Assembly (NCBI GenBank): GCA_964276005.1
Contig: CAXYDV010000012.1
Coordinates: 37,878 to 101,877 of the forward strand
Length of the DNA: 64,000 nucleotides
Origin: an uncultured Porticoccaceae bacterium
GTDB taxonomy: Bacteria; Pseudomonadota; Gammaproteobacteria; Pseudomonadales; Porticoccaceae
Direction: 5' to 3'
Program-made: the position numbers and the translations under genes
Shown here: positions 1 to 10,659 of the stretch, in pieces
Position numbering within the stretch: the stretch's first letter is position 1
How the letters are laid out: every line of letters starts with the position of its first letter
The notes under the pieces: generated by a model
Databases searched by the model: none
Told to the model about the DNA's origin: nothing
What the model saw: the letters and a program-made list of their open reading frames with translations, nothing else

Positions 1-377
1 TCAAACAGTTTGTGGACGAGACGCGCATAGCCCATGCAGTAGCCAACATTAGTAATGCCAGCCGCAATCTGAGTATCGAATATATTGACCGGGCGAATAT
101 CCAGCGCATGATCTAGCACTTCCAAGTCCTCGGCACAGGCATGGAAAATTAATGTGCGACTAGGGTCCTCTAACAGCACTTTTAGGCTCTCAAACTGATC
201 GATTGCAAGTACATCAATAAGCCAGCATTGGTCGCCGTTGGAAATCTGTATCAGTGCTATCTTGGGAAAAAAAGTATCGGTACGAATAAACTCTGTATCT
301 ATGGCAATGGTTGCCACCTCGGCCAGCTGATCGCACATCTGTTGCAGCTTATTATTACTGTCAATCCAAAGATTCAT
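1..377 (-). CDS. rnd: Ribonuclease D, N-terminal part (gene runs off the left edge; not in the ORF track)
   Basis: Manual translation from ATG at 377: MNLWIDSNNKLQQMCDQLAEVATIAIDTEFIRTDTFFPKIALIQIS...IFHACAEDLEVL...IFDTQIAA. DTEF, FHA and FDTQ are DEDD exonuclease motifs of RNase D. The start directly abuts the recR stop (TAG|ATG). Confidence 0.93.
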   Translation of the reverse strand, partial: MNLWIDSNNKLQQMCDQLAEVATIAIDTEFIRTDTFFPKIALIQISNGDQCWLIDVLAIDQFESLKVLLEDPSRTLIFHACAEDLEVLDHALDIRPVNIFDTQIAAGITNVGYCMGYARLVHKLF

Positions 378-971
378 CTACAGGGCCTTTCTACTTTGCA
401 ATGCCATATTTAGCGTTCCACCATCAACATATTCAAGCTCACCGCCCATCGGCACGCCGTAAGCAATTCGCGAAACCGAGACACCCAGTGCCTTGGCCTT
501 GTCGGCGATAAAGTGGGCTGTGGCCTCACCCTCAACGGTTAAATTAGTGGCCAGTATTAACTCACTGACATCGCTATGTTGTAAACGCTCGACTAACTGA
601 TCTATGCCCAGCTGCTCCGGCCCTATGCCATCGATAGGCGATAAATGGCCCAGTAGCACAAAGTATTTTCCCTGAAAGCTGCCAGCCTGTTCGATGGCGT
701 AGAGATCAGCGGGGTTCTCGACCACACAGATCTGCGTTGTTAGACGTCGAGGGTTACTGCAGATACCACAGACCTGATGTTCGGTAAGCGTGCGGCATTC
801 AGCACAGCGACCCACTTTCTCAACGGCCTCAACAATCGCTTCTGCCAAACGTGAAGCACCAGCTTTGTCGCGTTCTAGTAGCTGCAAGGCCATGCGCTGG
901 GCAGATTTAGCACCGACACCGGGCAAGCAGCGCAACGCATCTATCAGCTGATCAATTACATTTCCGTACAA
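378..971 (-). CDS. recR: Recombination mediator RecR
   Basis: [12 protein letters not shown] HhH, C4 zinc finger (CAECRTL...CGIC), Toprim [16 protein letters not shown]; canonical dnaX-ybaB-recR order; TTG start. Confidence 0.97.
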   Translation of the reverse strand: MYGNVIDQLIDALRCLPGVGAKSAQRMALQLLERDKAGASRLAEAIVEAVEKVGRCAECRTLTEHQVCGICSNPRRLTTQICVVENPADLYAIEQAGSFQGKYFVLLGHLSPIDGIGPEQLGIDQLVERLQHSDVSELILATNLTVEGEATAHFIADKAKALGVSVSRIAYGVPMGGELEYVDGGTLNMALQSRKAL

Positions 972-1010
972 GGAGTAGCCTCGAGTAAAAAGGGGAATTA
1001 TAGAAACGCC

Positions 1011-1328
1011 CTAAAAAGGCATTTTAAAGCCGGCGGGAAGATCCATACCGCCAGCCATATTCTTTATTGCGTCTTGGCTCTGAGCTTCGACTTTGCGCAC
1101 CGCATCGTTTACCGCAGCTGCAAGTAGGTCTTCGAGAAAAGTTTTGTCCTCGGTCATCAACGATGGGTCCAATGTGACTTTGCGCACATCATGACGCCCT
1201 GTCATTACCACCTGCACCATACCGGCCCCGGACTCACCGGTAACTTCAGCAGTGGCAGCCTGCTCCTGCATTGCAGCCATTTTTTCCTGCATCTGCTGGG
1301 CCTGCTTCATCAAATTATTTATATCCAT
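1011..1328 (-). CDS. ybaB: YbaB/EbfC nucleoid-associated protein
   Basis: [11 protein letters not shown]...[10 protein letters not shown]...[12 protein letters not shown]; lies between dnaX and recR. Confidence 0.96.
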   Translation of the reverse strand: MDINNLMKQAQQMQEKMAAMQEQAATAEVTGESGAGMVQVVMTGRHDVRKVTLDPSLMTEDKTFLEDLLAAAVNDAVRKVEAQSQDAIKNMAGGMDLPAGFKMPF

Positions 1329-1335
1329 TTTTTCC

Positions 1336-3162
1336 TCAATCTATGGGGCGCACAGACTGCTCGTCCAATGTGCCATCAAATACTGTTTTAAATTTAATTA
1401 CGTCAGCGTCATTATTGAGCGCCTCTACCGCCTCGGCAAGACGCTCTGATTTCTCGCGAATATTAGCCGCCCGCGGGGTCTCTTGCTCAGCCACACCAAA
1501 GGTAATCTCAACGGTTACCGACTGCTCAAAATATTCGCTTAACGCCTCAGCCAGACTCTGCTGATGGGCCGTATCGTAGAGGCTGGTCTCATCACTGTCG
1601 ATAAGAAAGTTAAGCCGATTACCCTCTCTGCCCCTATATAAACAGTGGCTAGCGATTTCTCCAAGGGATGCACCAATACTGAGCTGCTTGCGGATTTCGA
1701 TCCAGTTATTGGGATTAAACTTTTGCAGGGGCACTTTATTAGTAGACGCTGAGGGATCGTTTACTAAGGACTCCTCTCTTGCTAAGGGCTCCTCTCTTGC
1801 TAAGGGCTTTTCGTTCGCTAAGGGCTTTTCGTCGGCTAAGGGCTTCTCATACGCTGAAGGATCTTCCGCCACAGACCGTTGTTCGACCTGAGGCACCTCA
1901 ATAGGCGTCTGCAACGGTTGCTCAATAGGTTCAATGACTACTGCTGCATTGCTACCAACCGCTTGCAATACGGCTTTGGGTCGCGGTGATTCACTGGGCG
2001 CGACCGTTTCAGACTTTTTTACAGCTGGCTCCGCCTCCCGGGGAGCGGCTGGCTCTGCAGCAACAGTCTTATTGGGCGGCAGCGGTCTAAAAGCCAGCGC
2101 CCGCAGCATGATCATTTCGAAACCGGACTTAAGATCGGGCGCCAGATGCAGGTCTTTTCGACCCAGCAAACAAATCTGGTAAAACAGCTGAGCATCTTCA
2201 CGAGACACTGCCCCGGCAAGCGATAATAGTGCCGAGTAATGACTCACCCCTTTGTCCAGCGCCTCTGGTACCGCTTGCAATATAGCCACCTGATGCCAAA
2301 TAGACAGCACATCGGCGAGGGCTAGATCATAGTCTGGCGCCTGTTCGGCCATACGGGCAACCGCCGCTAACACATCGCTACCGGTGCCGGTTGATAATGC
2401 ATTGCAAATATCCACCACGTAGCCGCGCTCAATGGTACCCAGCATACTGCTGACTTCGGTCTCATTGACCTGCCCGCCACCATGGCCAATGGCCTGATCG
2501 GTCAGACTCAGAGCGTCGCGCATACTGCCGTCAGCCGCGCGTGCCAGCGACCACAGCGCCGCCTCTTCAAAGGGCACCTGCTCTTTACCCAGCACAAACT
2601 GCAAATGCTGCGTAATACGCTCGGCACTAAGGTTTTTTAAGTTGAACTGCAAACAGCGCGACAGCACCGTGATCGGCAGCTTTTGCGGATCTGTGGTGGC
2701 AAATAAAAACTTCACATGAGGTGGTGGCTCTTCCAACGTTTTTAGCAGTGCCGCAAAGCTGGATTTAGACAGCATGTGGACTTCATCAATCAAGTAGATT
2801 TTATAGCGGCCACGCGATGGTGCGTATTGCACGTTATCCAGTAGGTCGCGCATATCATCGACACCGGTGCGCGATGCTGCATCCACCTCGATCAGGTCTA
2901 TAAAGCGGCCTTCATTGATTTCAGTGCAGCTGCCGCAAACACCACAGGGAACCGAGCTTATGCCCTCTTCGCAGTTAAGGCATTTGGACAGAATGCGCGC
3001 AATGGTAGTTTTACCTACACCGCGGGTGCCGGTAAACAGATAGGCATGGTGAAGGCGGTTGTTATCCAGCGCATTAATCAGCGCCTGAAGCACATGCTCC
3101 TGACCTGCCATCTCGGCAAACGATCGCGGACGCCACTTTCGGGCAAGGACCTGGTAACTCAT
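1336..3162 (-). CDS. dnaX: DNA polymerase III subunit tau/gamma
   Basis: [15 protein letters not shown], Walker A GTRGVGKT, zinc Cys cluster, DEVHMLS, SRC motif, Pro/Glu-rich linker and C-terminal tau domain. Confidence 0.98.
   Translation of the reverse strand: MSYQVLARKWRPRSFAEMAGQEHVLQALINALDNNRLHHAYLFTGTRGVGKTTIARILSKCLNCEEGISSVPCGVCGSCTEINEGRFIDLIEVDAASRTGVDDMRDLLDNVQYAPSRGRYKIYLIDEVHMLSKSSFAALLKTLEEPPPHVKFLFATTDPQKLPITVLSRCLQFNLKNLSAERITQHLQFVLGKEQVPFEEAALWSLARAADGSMRDALSLTDQAIGHGGGQVNETEVSSMLGTIERGYVVDICNALSTGTGSDVLAAVARMAEQAPDYDLALADVLSIWHQVAILQAVPEALDKGVSHYSALLSLAGAVSREDAQLFYQICLLGRKDLHLAPDLKSGFEMIMLRALAFRPLPPNKTVAAEPAAPREAEPAVKKSETVAPSESPRPKAVLQAVGSNAAVVIEPIEQPLQTPIEVPQVEQRSVAEDPSAYEKPLADEKPLANEKPLAREEPLAREESLVNDPSASTNKVPLQKFNPNNWIEIRKQLSIGASLGEIASHCLYRGREGNRLNFLIDSDETSLYDTAHQQSLAEALSEYFEQSVTVEITFGVAEQETPRAANIREKSERLAEAVEALNNDADVIKFKTVFDGTLDEQSVRPID
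1763..1852. repeat. Five degenerate 18-bp tandem repeats inside dnaX (hexapeptide E[K/E]PLA[D/N/R])
   Basis: Units actaaggactcctctctt, gctaagggctcctctctt, gctaagggcttttcgttc, gctaagggcttttcgtcg, gctaagggcttctcatac; they encode [30 protein letters not shown]. Confidence 0.9.
1979..2039 (-). promoter_or_regulatory. Putative programmed -1 ribosomal frameshift signal of dnaX (internal SD, A_AAA_AAG, immediate -1 stop, stem-loop)
   Basis: Minus strand reads GGGAGG (2039-2034), 13 nt, A AAA AAG (2020-2014), -1 frame GTC TGA (stop 2011-2009), then stem GGTCGCG (2005-1999) pairing with CGCGACC (1985-1979). Confidence 0.78.
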
Positions 3163-3228
3163 CGCATAATCTGCTTTAGTTTAAAAAGACTTATTATAGG
3201 GAGATTACGGGAGCGCTGGAAGGGTTAA

Positions 3229-3345
3229 TGGCGATGACCCCCAATAGCCACACCTCGGCACACAGCGTAACCACTACCGTTGCTCCCTTCCGGGCCTGGC
3301 GGAGTTCATGGCTGGCTGTTGCGAGGGGACCAAAGGGGGCCACCA
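3229..3345 (-). ncRNA. ffs: Signal recognition particle 4.5S RNA (ends approximate)
   Basis: Minus strand carries the SRP domain-IV core CAGGCCCGGAAGGGAGCA with a GGAA tetraloop and the terminal helix GGCCCCC...GGGGGTC. It lies directly upstream of dnaX, a known ffs position. The overlapping 80-aa ORF is a shadow. Confidence 0.92.
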
Positions 3346-3362
3346 TTAAAGCGAAGCGCGAG

Positions 3363-3391
3363 ATTATCCGAGGTTTACTCGGCAAGTGCAA
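3363..3391 (-). promoter_or_regulatory. Probable sigma70 promoter of ffs(-dnaX)
   Basis: Minus strand TTGCAC-N17-GATAAT just upstream of the SRP RNA; the spacer contains the small inverted repeat CCGAG-N5-CTCGG. Confidence 0.6.
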
Positions 3392-3597
3392 CCGCTTATG
3401 CCAATAAACAGTAGATTGATATACACGCAGAACCACTCACACTAAATAGGGTCAAAAAGCCCAATAGAGCCTACAGTACCCATCAGCAAATAGTGTATTT
3501 ATGCGGAGATTGCTACACTCCCAGTGCTGGACGCCTGTTGAGCTAGAACTAAAACTAGAGCAACAACCAAAATTATAAAGTGAAGGGCTCTCTGTTA

Positions 3598-5265
3598 ATG
3601 AACAACCGTGCAAGGCAGCATGCAATACTCCCACTGTTATTACTGATTTCCACCCTACTGCTAGCAGCCTGCGGCAGTAGCGAGAGCAATGTCGACCAAG
3701 GCAATCGCAGCGGCACATTGCACTGGGGTAATGGCACCGAGCCCCAGAGTCTTGACCCCCATATAGCGACCGGCGTCCCCGAACATCATATTATCACCGC
3801 GCTGATGGAAGGCTTGATTCTTAAAGATAGCGAAACCCTAGCCCCTAAGCCTGGCGTAGCCGAGTCTTGGACAATTAGCGCCGACGGCCGTATTTACACC
3901 TTTAAGCTGCGCGAGAATGCACGCTGGTCTAATGGCGACCCACACAATGCCCATGATTATGTCTGGTCCTGGTGGCGCGCGCTGCAACCGGCACTGGGCA
4001 ACCTCTACGCCTATATGTACTTCTCTATAGAAAATGCGCAGGAATATTATGAGGGTACAGTCACAGACTTTGATCAGGTCGGCGTCAAGGCACTCGACGA
4101 TTACAGATTACAAGTCACCCTGTCCAACCCAACGCCTTACTTCTTGCAGCTGCTGGATCATTACAGTCTCTACCCAGTTCATCGCGGCACAGTAGAAAAG
4201 TTTGGCGCGGCCGATGAACGCGGCACACGCTGGACTTACGAGGGTAACAATGTCGGCAATGGCGCCTTCCAATTACTCGACTGGAAAATTAATCGCCGCG
4301 TAACTGTGCAGCGCAACCCCTACTACTGGAATACAGACAGTGTTCGACTCAACCAGATTGTGTTCTACCCCACCGAAAATGTGGTCAGTGAAGAGCGTAT
4401 GTTTCGCGCCGGACAGTTACATCGCACCAGCACTATTCCAGCGGATAAAATTCCCGTCTACCTAGAGGCCCAAGATTCCTCGCTGCATATAGCTCCCTAT
4501 CTTGGCACTTACTTTTACCGCATCAATACTCGCGTGCCCCATCTGCAGGATAAGCAGGTACGCCGAGCGCTTGCCATGACCATAGATCGCGAGACAATCT
4601 CCAAGAGCATTCTTAAAGCTGGACAGATTCCCGCGTATGCCATGACCCCGCCGGGCACCATGGGCTATTACCCAGAATCAGATTTAAGCTTTGATCCAGA
4701 GGCTGCACGCCAGCTCTTAGCAGATGCCGGATACCCCAATGGAGAGGGCTTTCCCGCCACCGAAATCCTTTATAACACCAGTGAAGGCCATCGCAAAATT
4801 GCCGTGGCTATCCAGCAGATGTGGAAAAAATACCTCAATATTGATATCAAATTGCTCAATCAAGAATGGAAGGTTTACCTCGATAGCGAAAGTGCTGGCA
4901 ACTATGAAATATCTCGTGCCGGTTGGATCGGTGACTACGTAGACCCCAATAGCTTTCTCGATATGTTTCTATGTAACGGCGGCAATAATCGCACCGGCTG
5001 GTGCAATGCCGAATACGATCGCCTGATTGCCGATGTGGCCCCAACCGTAAAAACCCATGCCGAACGATTGGCGGTATTTGGTCAGGCCGAAAAGATACTG
5101 ATGGATGAGCTGCCAGTGATTCCCATCTACATTTACACCTCAGTCAACCTGGTGAATAATTCGGTAAAAAACTACGCTGACAATATTCTTAACCAGCCCT
5201 CCTTTACCGAAATGTATCTGCAAGCAGAGCCACAGCAAAAGCGTTTAACCGAGGACCAGCATTGA
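3598..5265 (+). CDS. Peptide ABC transporter substrate-binding lipoprotein (family 5, OppA-like)
   Basis: Lipobox LLAAC, EPQSLDP, YTFKLRENARWSNGDP, GWIGDYVDP. ATG at 3598 is more likely than the GTG at 3580. Confidence 0.92.
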   Translation: MNNRARQHAILPLLLLISTLLLAACGSSESNVDQGNRSGTLHWGNGTEPQSLDPHIATGVPEHHIITALMEGLILKDSETLAPKPGVAESWTISADGRIYTFKLRENARWSNGDPHNAHDYVWSWWRALQPALGNLYAYMYFSIENAQEYYEGTVTDFDQVGVKALDDYRLQVTLSNPTPYFLQLLDHYSLYPVHRGTVEKFGAADERGTRWTYEGNNVGNGAFQLLDWKINRRVTVQRNPYYWNTDSVRLNQIVFYPTENVVSEERMFRAGQLHRTSTIPADKIPVYLEAQDSSLHIAPYLGTYFYRINTRVPHLQDKQVRRALAMTIDRETISKSILKAGQIPAYAMTPPGTMGYYPESDLSFDPEAARQLLADAGYPNGEGFPATEILYNTSEGHRKIAVAIQQMWKKYLNIDIKLLNQEWKVYLDSESAGNYEISRAGWIGDYVDPNSFLDMFLCNGGNNRTGWCNAEYDRLIADVAPTVKTHAERLAVFGQAEKILMDELPVIPIYIYTSVNLVNNSVKNYADNILNQPSFTEMYLQAEPQQKRLTEDQH

Positions 5266-6200
5266 TGTTGAGATTTGCATTTTATCGCCTCCTGCAGGCC
5301 ATACCTGTGCTGCTAATTGTGATCAGCCTGACCTTTATGCTCGTGCACTCAGCCCCAGGCGGACCATTCTCGGCAGACAAGGCCGTGCCCCCTGAAGTGA
5401 TCAAAGCCTTGGAGGCACAGTACAATCTCGACCAGCCACTGTGGCAGCAATATGTCAGCTACCTCGGCGATGTGCTTCAAGGAGACTTTGGCCCCTCCTT
5501 TAAATATCCCGGCCGCGATGTCACTGAGCTAATTGCCGCAGGCTTACCCGCTACCGCAGAGCTGGCCTTTTACGCCATGTTGGTGGCTCTGGTGATTGGC
5601 GTCAGCGCCGGTGTTGCCGCGGCTATGCGCCCCAACACCGCCCAAGACTATATCCCCATGTCTGCCGCCATGATCGGTATCTGCATGCCCTCATTTTTAC
5701 TGGGGCCGCTACTGGTATTGGTCTTTGGCATTTATTTGGAATGGCTGCCAGTCTCCGGATGGGACGATATGCCCGGCGATAAAATACTGCCCGCCATTAC
5801 ACTGGGCACAGGCTACGCAGCCTATATTGCCCGCCTGTCTCGAGGTGGCATGTTAGAAGTGCTGTCTCAGGACTATATTCGCACCGCCAGAGCCAAAGGG
5901 CTCTCCGAGCCTTTAGTCATTGCCAAGCACGCACTGCGCGGCGGCCTAATACCTGTGGTTGCCTTTTTGGGACCGGCCTTTGCCGGTCTGCTCGGCGGCT
6001 CCTTTGTAGTCGAAACCATCTTTCAAATTCCCGGCCTTGGGCGCTTCTATGTGCAGGCCGCCTTTAACCGTGACTACACTATGATACTGGGCACCACCGT
6101 GTTTTTTTCCACGCTGATTATTGTCTTTAATCTGCTCTCAGATATGCTCGCGATTTGGTTAAATCCCAAGCTGCGTCAGCAAACCCGGGGAGAAAGCTAA
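5262..6200 (+). CDS. Peptide ABC transporter permease (OppB-like)
   Basis: APGGPF, YLGDVLQGDFGPSF, EAA loop DYIRTARAKGL. Confidence 0.93.
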   Translation: MMLRFAFYRLLQAIPVLLIVISLTFMLVHSAPGGPFSADKAVPPEVIKALEAQYNLDQPLWQQYVSYLGDVLQGDFGPSFKYPGRDVTELIAAGLPATAELAFYAMLVALVIGVSAGVAAAMRPNTAQDYIPMSAAMIGICMPSFLLGPLLVLVFGIYLEWLPVSGWDDMPGDKILPAITLGTGYAAYIARLSRGGMLEVLSQDYIRTARAKGLSEPLVIAKHALRGGLIPVVAFLGPAFAGLLGGSFVVETIFQIPGLGRFYVQAAFNRDYTMILGTTVFFSTLIIVFNLLSDMLAIWLNPKLRQQTRGES

Positions 6201-7066
6201 TGACAACAATTGACGAGCAAGGCACCTCCCTGTGGCAAGACGCCTGGATTAAGCTTAGCAAAAACTACCTCGCCCTATTTGGCTTGGCCATCATAGGTTT
6301 GCTCTGTGTAGTATCGCTTTTAACTCCCTGGATTGCCCCCTACGGTTACGAACAACAGAACCTGTTGCTGGGCGCAACATCCCCCTCTGCCGAACACTGG
6401 TTGGGCACCGACATCTTTGGCCGCGATATGCTTACCCGCATTATGTATGGCGGCCGCGTATCCCTCACCGTCGGCTTTATTGCCACCGCCGTAGCCTTAA
6501 TCATAGGGGTACTTTGGGGTGCTGTCGCCGGGTTTGTTGGCGGCCGTATCGACGCTGTGATGATGCGTATTGTCGATATCATGTACGCCCTGCCCTTTAT
6601 GATATTTATCGTGCTACTGATGGTGGTATTCGGGCGCAATATCCTGCTGCTGTTTCTAGCTATCGGCGCAGTGGAATGGTTAACCATGGCGCGCATTGTT
6701 CGCGGCCAAGTTATGGCCCTGCGCAAGCAGGAGTTTGTCGAAGCCGCTCATTCTCTCGGCCTATCGCAGTGGACCATTATTCGGCGACATATTATTCCCA
6801 ATACATTGGGGCCAGTAATTGTCTACACCACCTTGACCATACCCAGCGTAATGCTACTCGAAGCCTTTTTAAGTTTTCTGGGCCTGGGTATACAGCCACC
6901 CCAGAGCTCATGGGGATTACTAATAAACTACGGTGTAGAAACCATGGAAGAGTATCCATGGCTACTTATCTTTCCCGGCGTAACATTGTCGCTAACATTG
7001 TTTGCACTCAACTTTCTCGGCGATGGTTTACGTGATGCACTCGACCCACGAACCTCTAAAGACTAA
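6200..7066 (+). CDS. Peptide ABC transporter permease (OppC-like)
   Basis: HWLGTDIFGRD, EFVEAAHSLG, LSFLGLGIQPP, GDGLRDALDP. The ATG at 6200 overlaps the upstream stop (TAATG). Confidence 0.92.
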   Translation: MTTIDEQGTSLWQDAWIKLSKNYLALFGLAIIGLLCVVSLLTPWIAPYGYEQQNLLLGATSPSAEHWLGTDIFGRDMLTRIMYGGRVSLTVGFIATAVALIIGVLWGAVAGFVGGRIDAVMMRIVDIMYALPFMIFIVLLMVVFGRNILLLFLAIGAVEWLTMARIVRGQVMALRKQEFVEAAHSLGLSQWTIIRRHIIPNTLGPVIVYTTLTIPSVMLLEAFLSFLGLGIQPPQSSWGLLINYGVETMEEYPWLLIFPGVTLSLTLFALNFLGDGLRDALDPRTSKD

Positions 7067-7080
7067 TAAGGAATAGGACA

Positions 7081-8724
7081 ATGGCACTGCTTGAGGTAAA
7101 CGGTTTAAAGGTGTATTTCCATACCAGAAATGGTGTGGTCAAAGCGGTCGACGATGTTAGCTTTACGGTGGACCGCGGTGAAACATTGGCCATAGTCGGA
7201 GAATCCGGGTCTGGAAAATCCGTGACCTGCTACAGCCTGCTCGACCTACTGCCCAAACCGCCGGCTAAAATCGAAGGCGGCACCGCGCTATTCGATGGCG
7301 AAGATTTGCTCCGCTGCGACGCCAAACGCATGCGCCATTATCGCGGCAATGACATCGCGGTGATTTTCCAAGATCCCATGACCTCACTAAATCCCTATAT
7401 CAGCATCGGTGAGCAGTTAATTGAACCACTGATTTATCACCCGGATATCGAACGCAAGCAAAGCCGCGAAGATGCCCGTGCTCGCGCTATAGAACTACTC
7501 GATGAAGTCGGCATTATTAATCCACAGGCCCGCTTCGATTGTTATCCCCATGAGTTTTCTGGCGGCATGCGCCAACGCGTCATGATTGCTATGGCACTGA
7601 TTAATGAGCCACGCCTACTCATCTGTGACGAGCCAACCACCGCACTGGACGTTACTATTCAGGCACAGATATTAGAGCTGATTAAAAAGCTGCAACAGAC
7701 CCGCGATGTCGCCGTTATTTTTATTAGCCATGATTTAGGCGTCGTGGCCGGTATAGCCGACAAGGTACTGGTTATGTGCGAAGGCACCATTAGAGAAGCC
7801 GGCAGCACAGATTCGATCTTCTATAACAGCCAAAATGACTACACCAAAAAGCTATTAAATGCGATTCCAGAAGGCGCCAAAACACTGCCCAGTCGCCTAC
7901 AACCAGATAACCTATTAGTCGAGGTTACAAACCTAAAAACCCATTTTACCGACCACAGTAAAGCGGGCCGACAAAACAAGGTTATCAAGGCGGTAAATGG
8001 TGTATCACTAGAGATACAGCGCGGTGAAATTCTTGGATTAGTCGGCGAATCAGGCTCAGGAAAATCAACGCTAGGTCGCTCTATATTACAGCTGGCACCC
8101 ACCACTGCAGGCCAAGTAAGCTTCAGTGGCAACCCACTTACCGGTCTCGGCTCCCAACAAATGGTACCCTGGCGACGCAAGATGCAAATGATTTTTCAAG
8201 ATCCGTACGCATCGCTTAATCCACGTATGACCGTCTACCAAACCCTGGCGGAGCCACTGCTCTACCATGGCCTAGCCAATAGTAAAACCATAGACCAGCA
8301 GATACGCCAGCTAATGGATGATGTAGGCCTGGCCCATGGCCAGATGCGTAAATACCCCCATGAATTCTCAGGCGGCCAGCGCCAGCGTATCGCCATTGGT
8401 CGCGCTATCGCCACCAAACCAGAATTGATTATTGCCGATGAGCCCGTCTCAGCATTAGACGTGACTATTCAGGCACAGATCTTGGATTTGATTCTTAATT
8501 TGGTAGAGCGCCATAACCTAACCATGCTGTTTATCTCCCATGACCTTTCAGTGGTGCGCTGTATTTCTGACCGAGTGATGGTGATGAATAAAGGTGTGAT
8601 TATTGAACAGGGGGATACAGAGACTCTTTGGGAAAATCCGCAGCAGGCCTATACACAGCAATTGCTTAAGGCTATCCCTATTGCTGATCCTAGATTGGAG
8701 CGGAGTCGGTTGTCTAGCCTCTAG
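7081..8724 (+). CDS. Peptide ABC transporter ATPase with two fused nucleotide-binding domains (OppD/F fusion)
   Basis: Two GESGSGKS Walker A motifs, two FSGG signatures, two DEP Walker B motifs. Confidence 0.95.
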   Translation: MALLEVNGLKVYFHTRNGVVKAVDDVSFTVDRGETLAIVGESGSGKSVTCYSLLDLLPKPPAKIEGGTALFDGEDLLRCDAKRMRHYRGNDIAVIFQDPMTSLNPYISIGEQLIEPLIYHPDIERKQSREDARARAIELLDEVGIINPQARFDCYPHEFSGGMRQRVMIAMALINEPRLLICDEPTTALDVTIQAQILELIKKLQQTRDVAVIFISHDLGVVAGIADKVLVMCEGTIREAGSTDSIFYNSQNDYTKKLLNAIPEGAKTLPSRLQPDNLLVEVTNLKTHFTDHSKAGRQNKVIKAVNGVSLEIQRGEILGLVGESGSGKSTLGRSILQLAPTTAGQVSFSGNPLTGLGSQQMVPWRRKMQMIFQDPYASLNPRMTVYQTLAEPLLYHGLANSKTIDQQIRQLMDDVGLAHGQMRKYPHEFSGGQRQRIAIGRAIATKPELIIADEPVSALDVTIQAQILDLILNLVERHNLTMLFISHDLSVVRCISDRVMVMNKGVIIEQGDTETLWENPQQAYTQQLLKAIPIADPRLERSRLSSL

Positions 8725-8734
8725 GTAAACCTAA

Positions 8735-8759
8735 ATCCTTAGCTACGCCGAGGATGACA
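8735..8759. repeat. Single REP-like short hairpin between convergent genes
   Basis: ATCCT-TAGCTACGCCG-AGGAT-GACA. The reverse complement TGTCATCCTCGGCGTAGCTAAGGAT resembles the GTCATCCTGAGCGNAGCGAAGGATC class of extragenic palindromes as I recall it. Confidence 0.4.
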
Positions 8760-8801
8760 AGAAAATGATGGAGCGTTTAAAGAGGTAGTAGAGCCTCAAA
8801 C

Positions 8802-9428
8802 TCAGGCGCAGCTAATACCAGTCCCACGCAATCCACAGTAGCCTCCAGGATTCTTGGCCAGATACTGCTGGTGATATTCTTCTGCATAGTAGAATGTTGG
8901 CGCGGCTATAATTTCCGAGGTGATTGCACCAAAACCTAATTTAGTAAGCTGGATCTGGACGGCTTTTGCCGAGGCCATAGCCGCATTAAGCTGCTCGGTG
9001 TTGCAGCAGTAGATAGCCGAGCGATACTGTGAGCCGCGGTCGTTACCCTGACGCATGCCCTGAGTGGGATCATGGCCTTCCCAAAAAACCGCTAGCAGTT
9101 TTTCATAACTGGTTAGCTTGGGATCAAACACCACAAGTACCACTTCTGTATGTGCGGTTAAACCAGTGCAGGTTTCTTCGTAGGTGGGGTTGGGTGTATG
9201 TCCACCAGCGTACCCAACGGCTGATGTCACCACACCCGGCTGCTCCCAGAAACGGCGCTCAGCGCCCCAGAAACAACCCATGGCAAAATAGGCTATTTCT
9301 AGACCTTCAGCAAAAGGGGCTTGAATCGGCTGGCTATTAATAAAGTTAACATTATTAACCGGCATTGGCGCACTGCGTCCGGGCAGGGCCTGGTCGGCAG
9401 TTGGCATATCTGGTGTAGTAGAAAACAT
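8802..9428 (-). CDS. msrA: Peptide-methionine (S)-S-oxide reductase
   Basis: GCFWG active site, [36 protein letters not shown]. Confidence 0.97.
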   Translation of the reverse strand: MFSTTPDMPTADQALPGRSAPMPVNNVNFINSQPIQAPFAEGLEIAYFAMGCFWGAERRFWEQPGVVTSAVGYAGGHTPNPTYEETCTGLTAHTEVVLVVFDPKLTSYEKLLAVFWEGHDPTQGMRQGNDRGSQYRSAIYCCNTEQLNAAMASAKAVQIQLTKLGFGAITSEIIAAPTFYYAEEYHQQYLAKNPGGYCGLRGTGISCA

Positions 9429-9442
9429 AGAAAACCTATTTT

Positions 9443-10627
9443 TTATAATGCGCCTAACCCTAGTTCTAGGTCGGCTTTAATATCAATAATATCTTCTAGC
9501 CCTACCGCTATACGAATAAGACTCTGACTGATGCCTGCCGCTTCACGATCAGCATCAGTTAGACGGCTATGAGTTGTGGTGGCGGGATGCACAATGGTGG
9601 TTTTAGCATCGCCCAAGTTGGCCGTCAGTGATAGCATTTTGGTGCTGTCGATAACCCGCCAGGCTTCTTCGCGACCACCCTCCACACAGAACGATACTAC
9701 ACCACCAAAACTACTCTGCTGCTTTTTAGCCAGTGCATGCCCGGGGTGGTCTTCTAGGCCTGCGTAATAAACTTTAGTGACTTTGGGATGTGCATTTAGC
9801 CAAGCTGCTAACTCTGCTGCATTGGTAGAATGGGCCTGCATACGAACGCGCAATGTCTCCAAACCTTTTAGAAATACCCAGGCATTAAACGGGCTCATAC
9901 TCGGGCCTGCTGCACGTAAAAAGCCGACCACCTCATCCATTAAAGTAGCGCTACCAACGACAGCACCACCAAGGCATCGGCCCTGACCATCAATATATTT
10001 TGTCGCCGAATGCACCACAATATCGGCGCCCCAATTAAGCGGCTTTTGTAAAATCGGCGTGCAGAAACAGTTGTCCACCACAAACAGGGCATCTGCCTTT
10101 TCCGACAGTGCGGCAAGGGCCTCTAAGTCAGCGACCTCTGAAAGAGGGTTTGAGGGTGTTTCACAAAACATCATCTTTGTGTTGGGCTGGATCGCATCGC
10201 CCCATGCGGCCAGATCGCCCAGCGGCACATAGGTGACGTCTACACCAAATTTAACGATGTACTTATTCATCATTACTCTGGTGCTGCCAAACACATCTTG
10301 CGAACAGATCACATGATCACCCGACTTGAGCAGCGCCATAATCACTGACAGCGCAGCAGCCATTCCCGAGGCGGTGGCCACGCATTGCTCGCCCTCTTCC
10401 ATGGCCGCTAGGCGCTCTTCAAAACTGCGTACCGTGGGGTTGGTGTAGCGTGAGTAGACATTGCCTTGCAGCTCATTGCTAAAATATTTAGCAGCCATTT
10501 CGGCATTTTCAAAAACATAGCTTGAGGTCAGAAACATGGCTTCTGAATGTTCATTCTCATGAGTGCGCTGATAACCGCCGCGAATAGCCGTTGTATCCTG
10601 TTGCCACTTATCGTCCTGATTAGCCAT
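9443..10627 (-). CDS. metZ: O-succinylhomoserine sulfhydrylase
   Basis: Cys/Met PLP enzyme ([19 protein letters not shown]); follows purF as in pseudomonads. Confidence 0.93.
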   Translation of the reverse strand: MANQDDKWQQDTTAIRGGYQRTHENEHSEAMFLTSSYVFENAEMAAKYFSNELQGNVYSRYTNPTVRSFEERLAAMEEGEQCVATASGMAAALSVIMALLKSGDHVICSQDVFGSTRVMMNKYIVKFGVDVTYVPLGDLAAWGDAIQPNTKMMFCETPSNPLSEVADLEALAALSEKADALFVVDNCFCTPILQKPLNWGADIVVHSATKYIDGQGRCLGGAVVGSATLMDEVVGFLRAAGPSMSPFNAWVFLKGLETLRVRMQAHSTNAAELAAWLNAHPKVTKVYYAGLEDHPGHALAKKQQSSFGGVVSFCVEGGREEAWRVIDSTKMLSLTANLGDAKTTIVHPATTTHSRLTDADREAAGISQSLIRIAVGLEDIIDIKADLELGLGAL

Positions 10628-10659
10628 GTTGTTTGTCGCTACCTTTTGTGTCCCGCCTG

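Noticed and set aside
3194-3436. 80-aa minus-strand ORF upstream of dnaX
   Set aside because: It overlaps the SRP RNA and its promoter and has no protein features.
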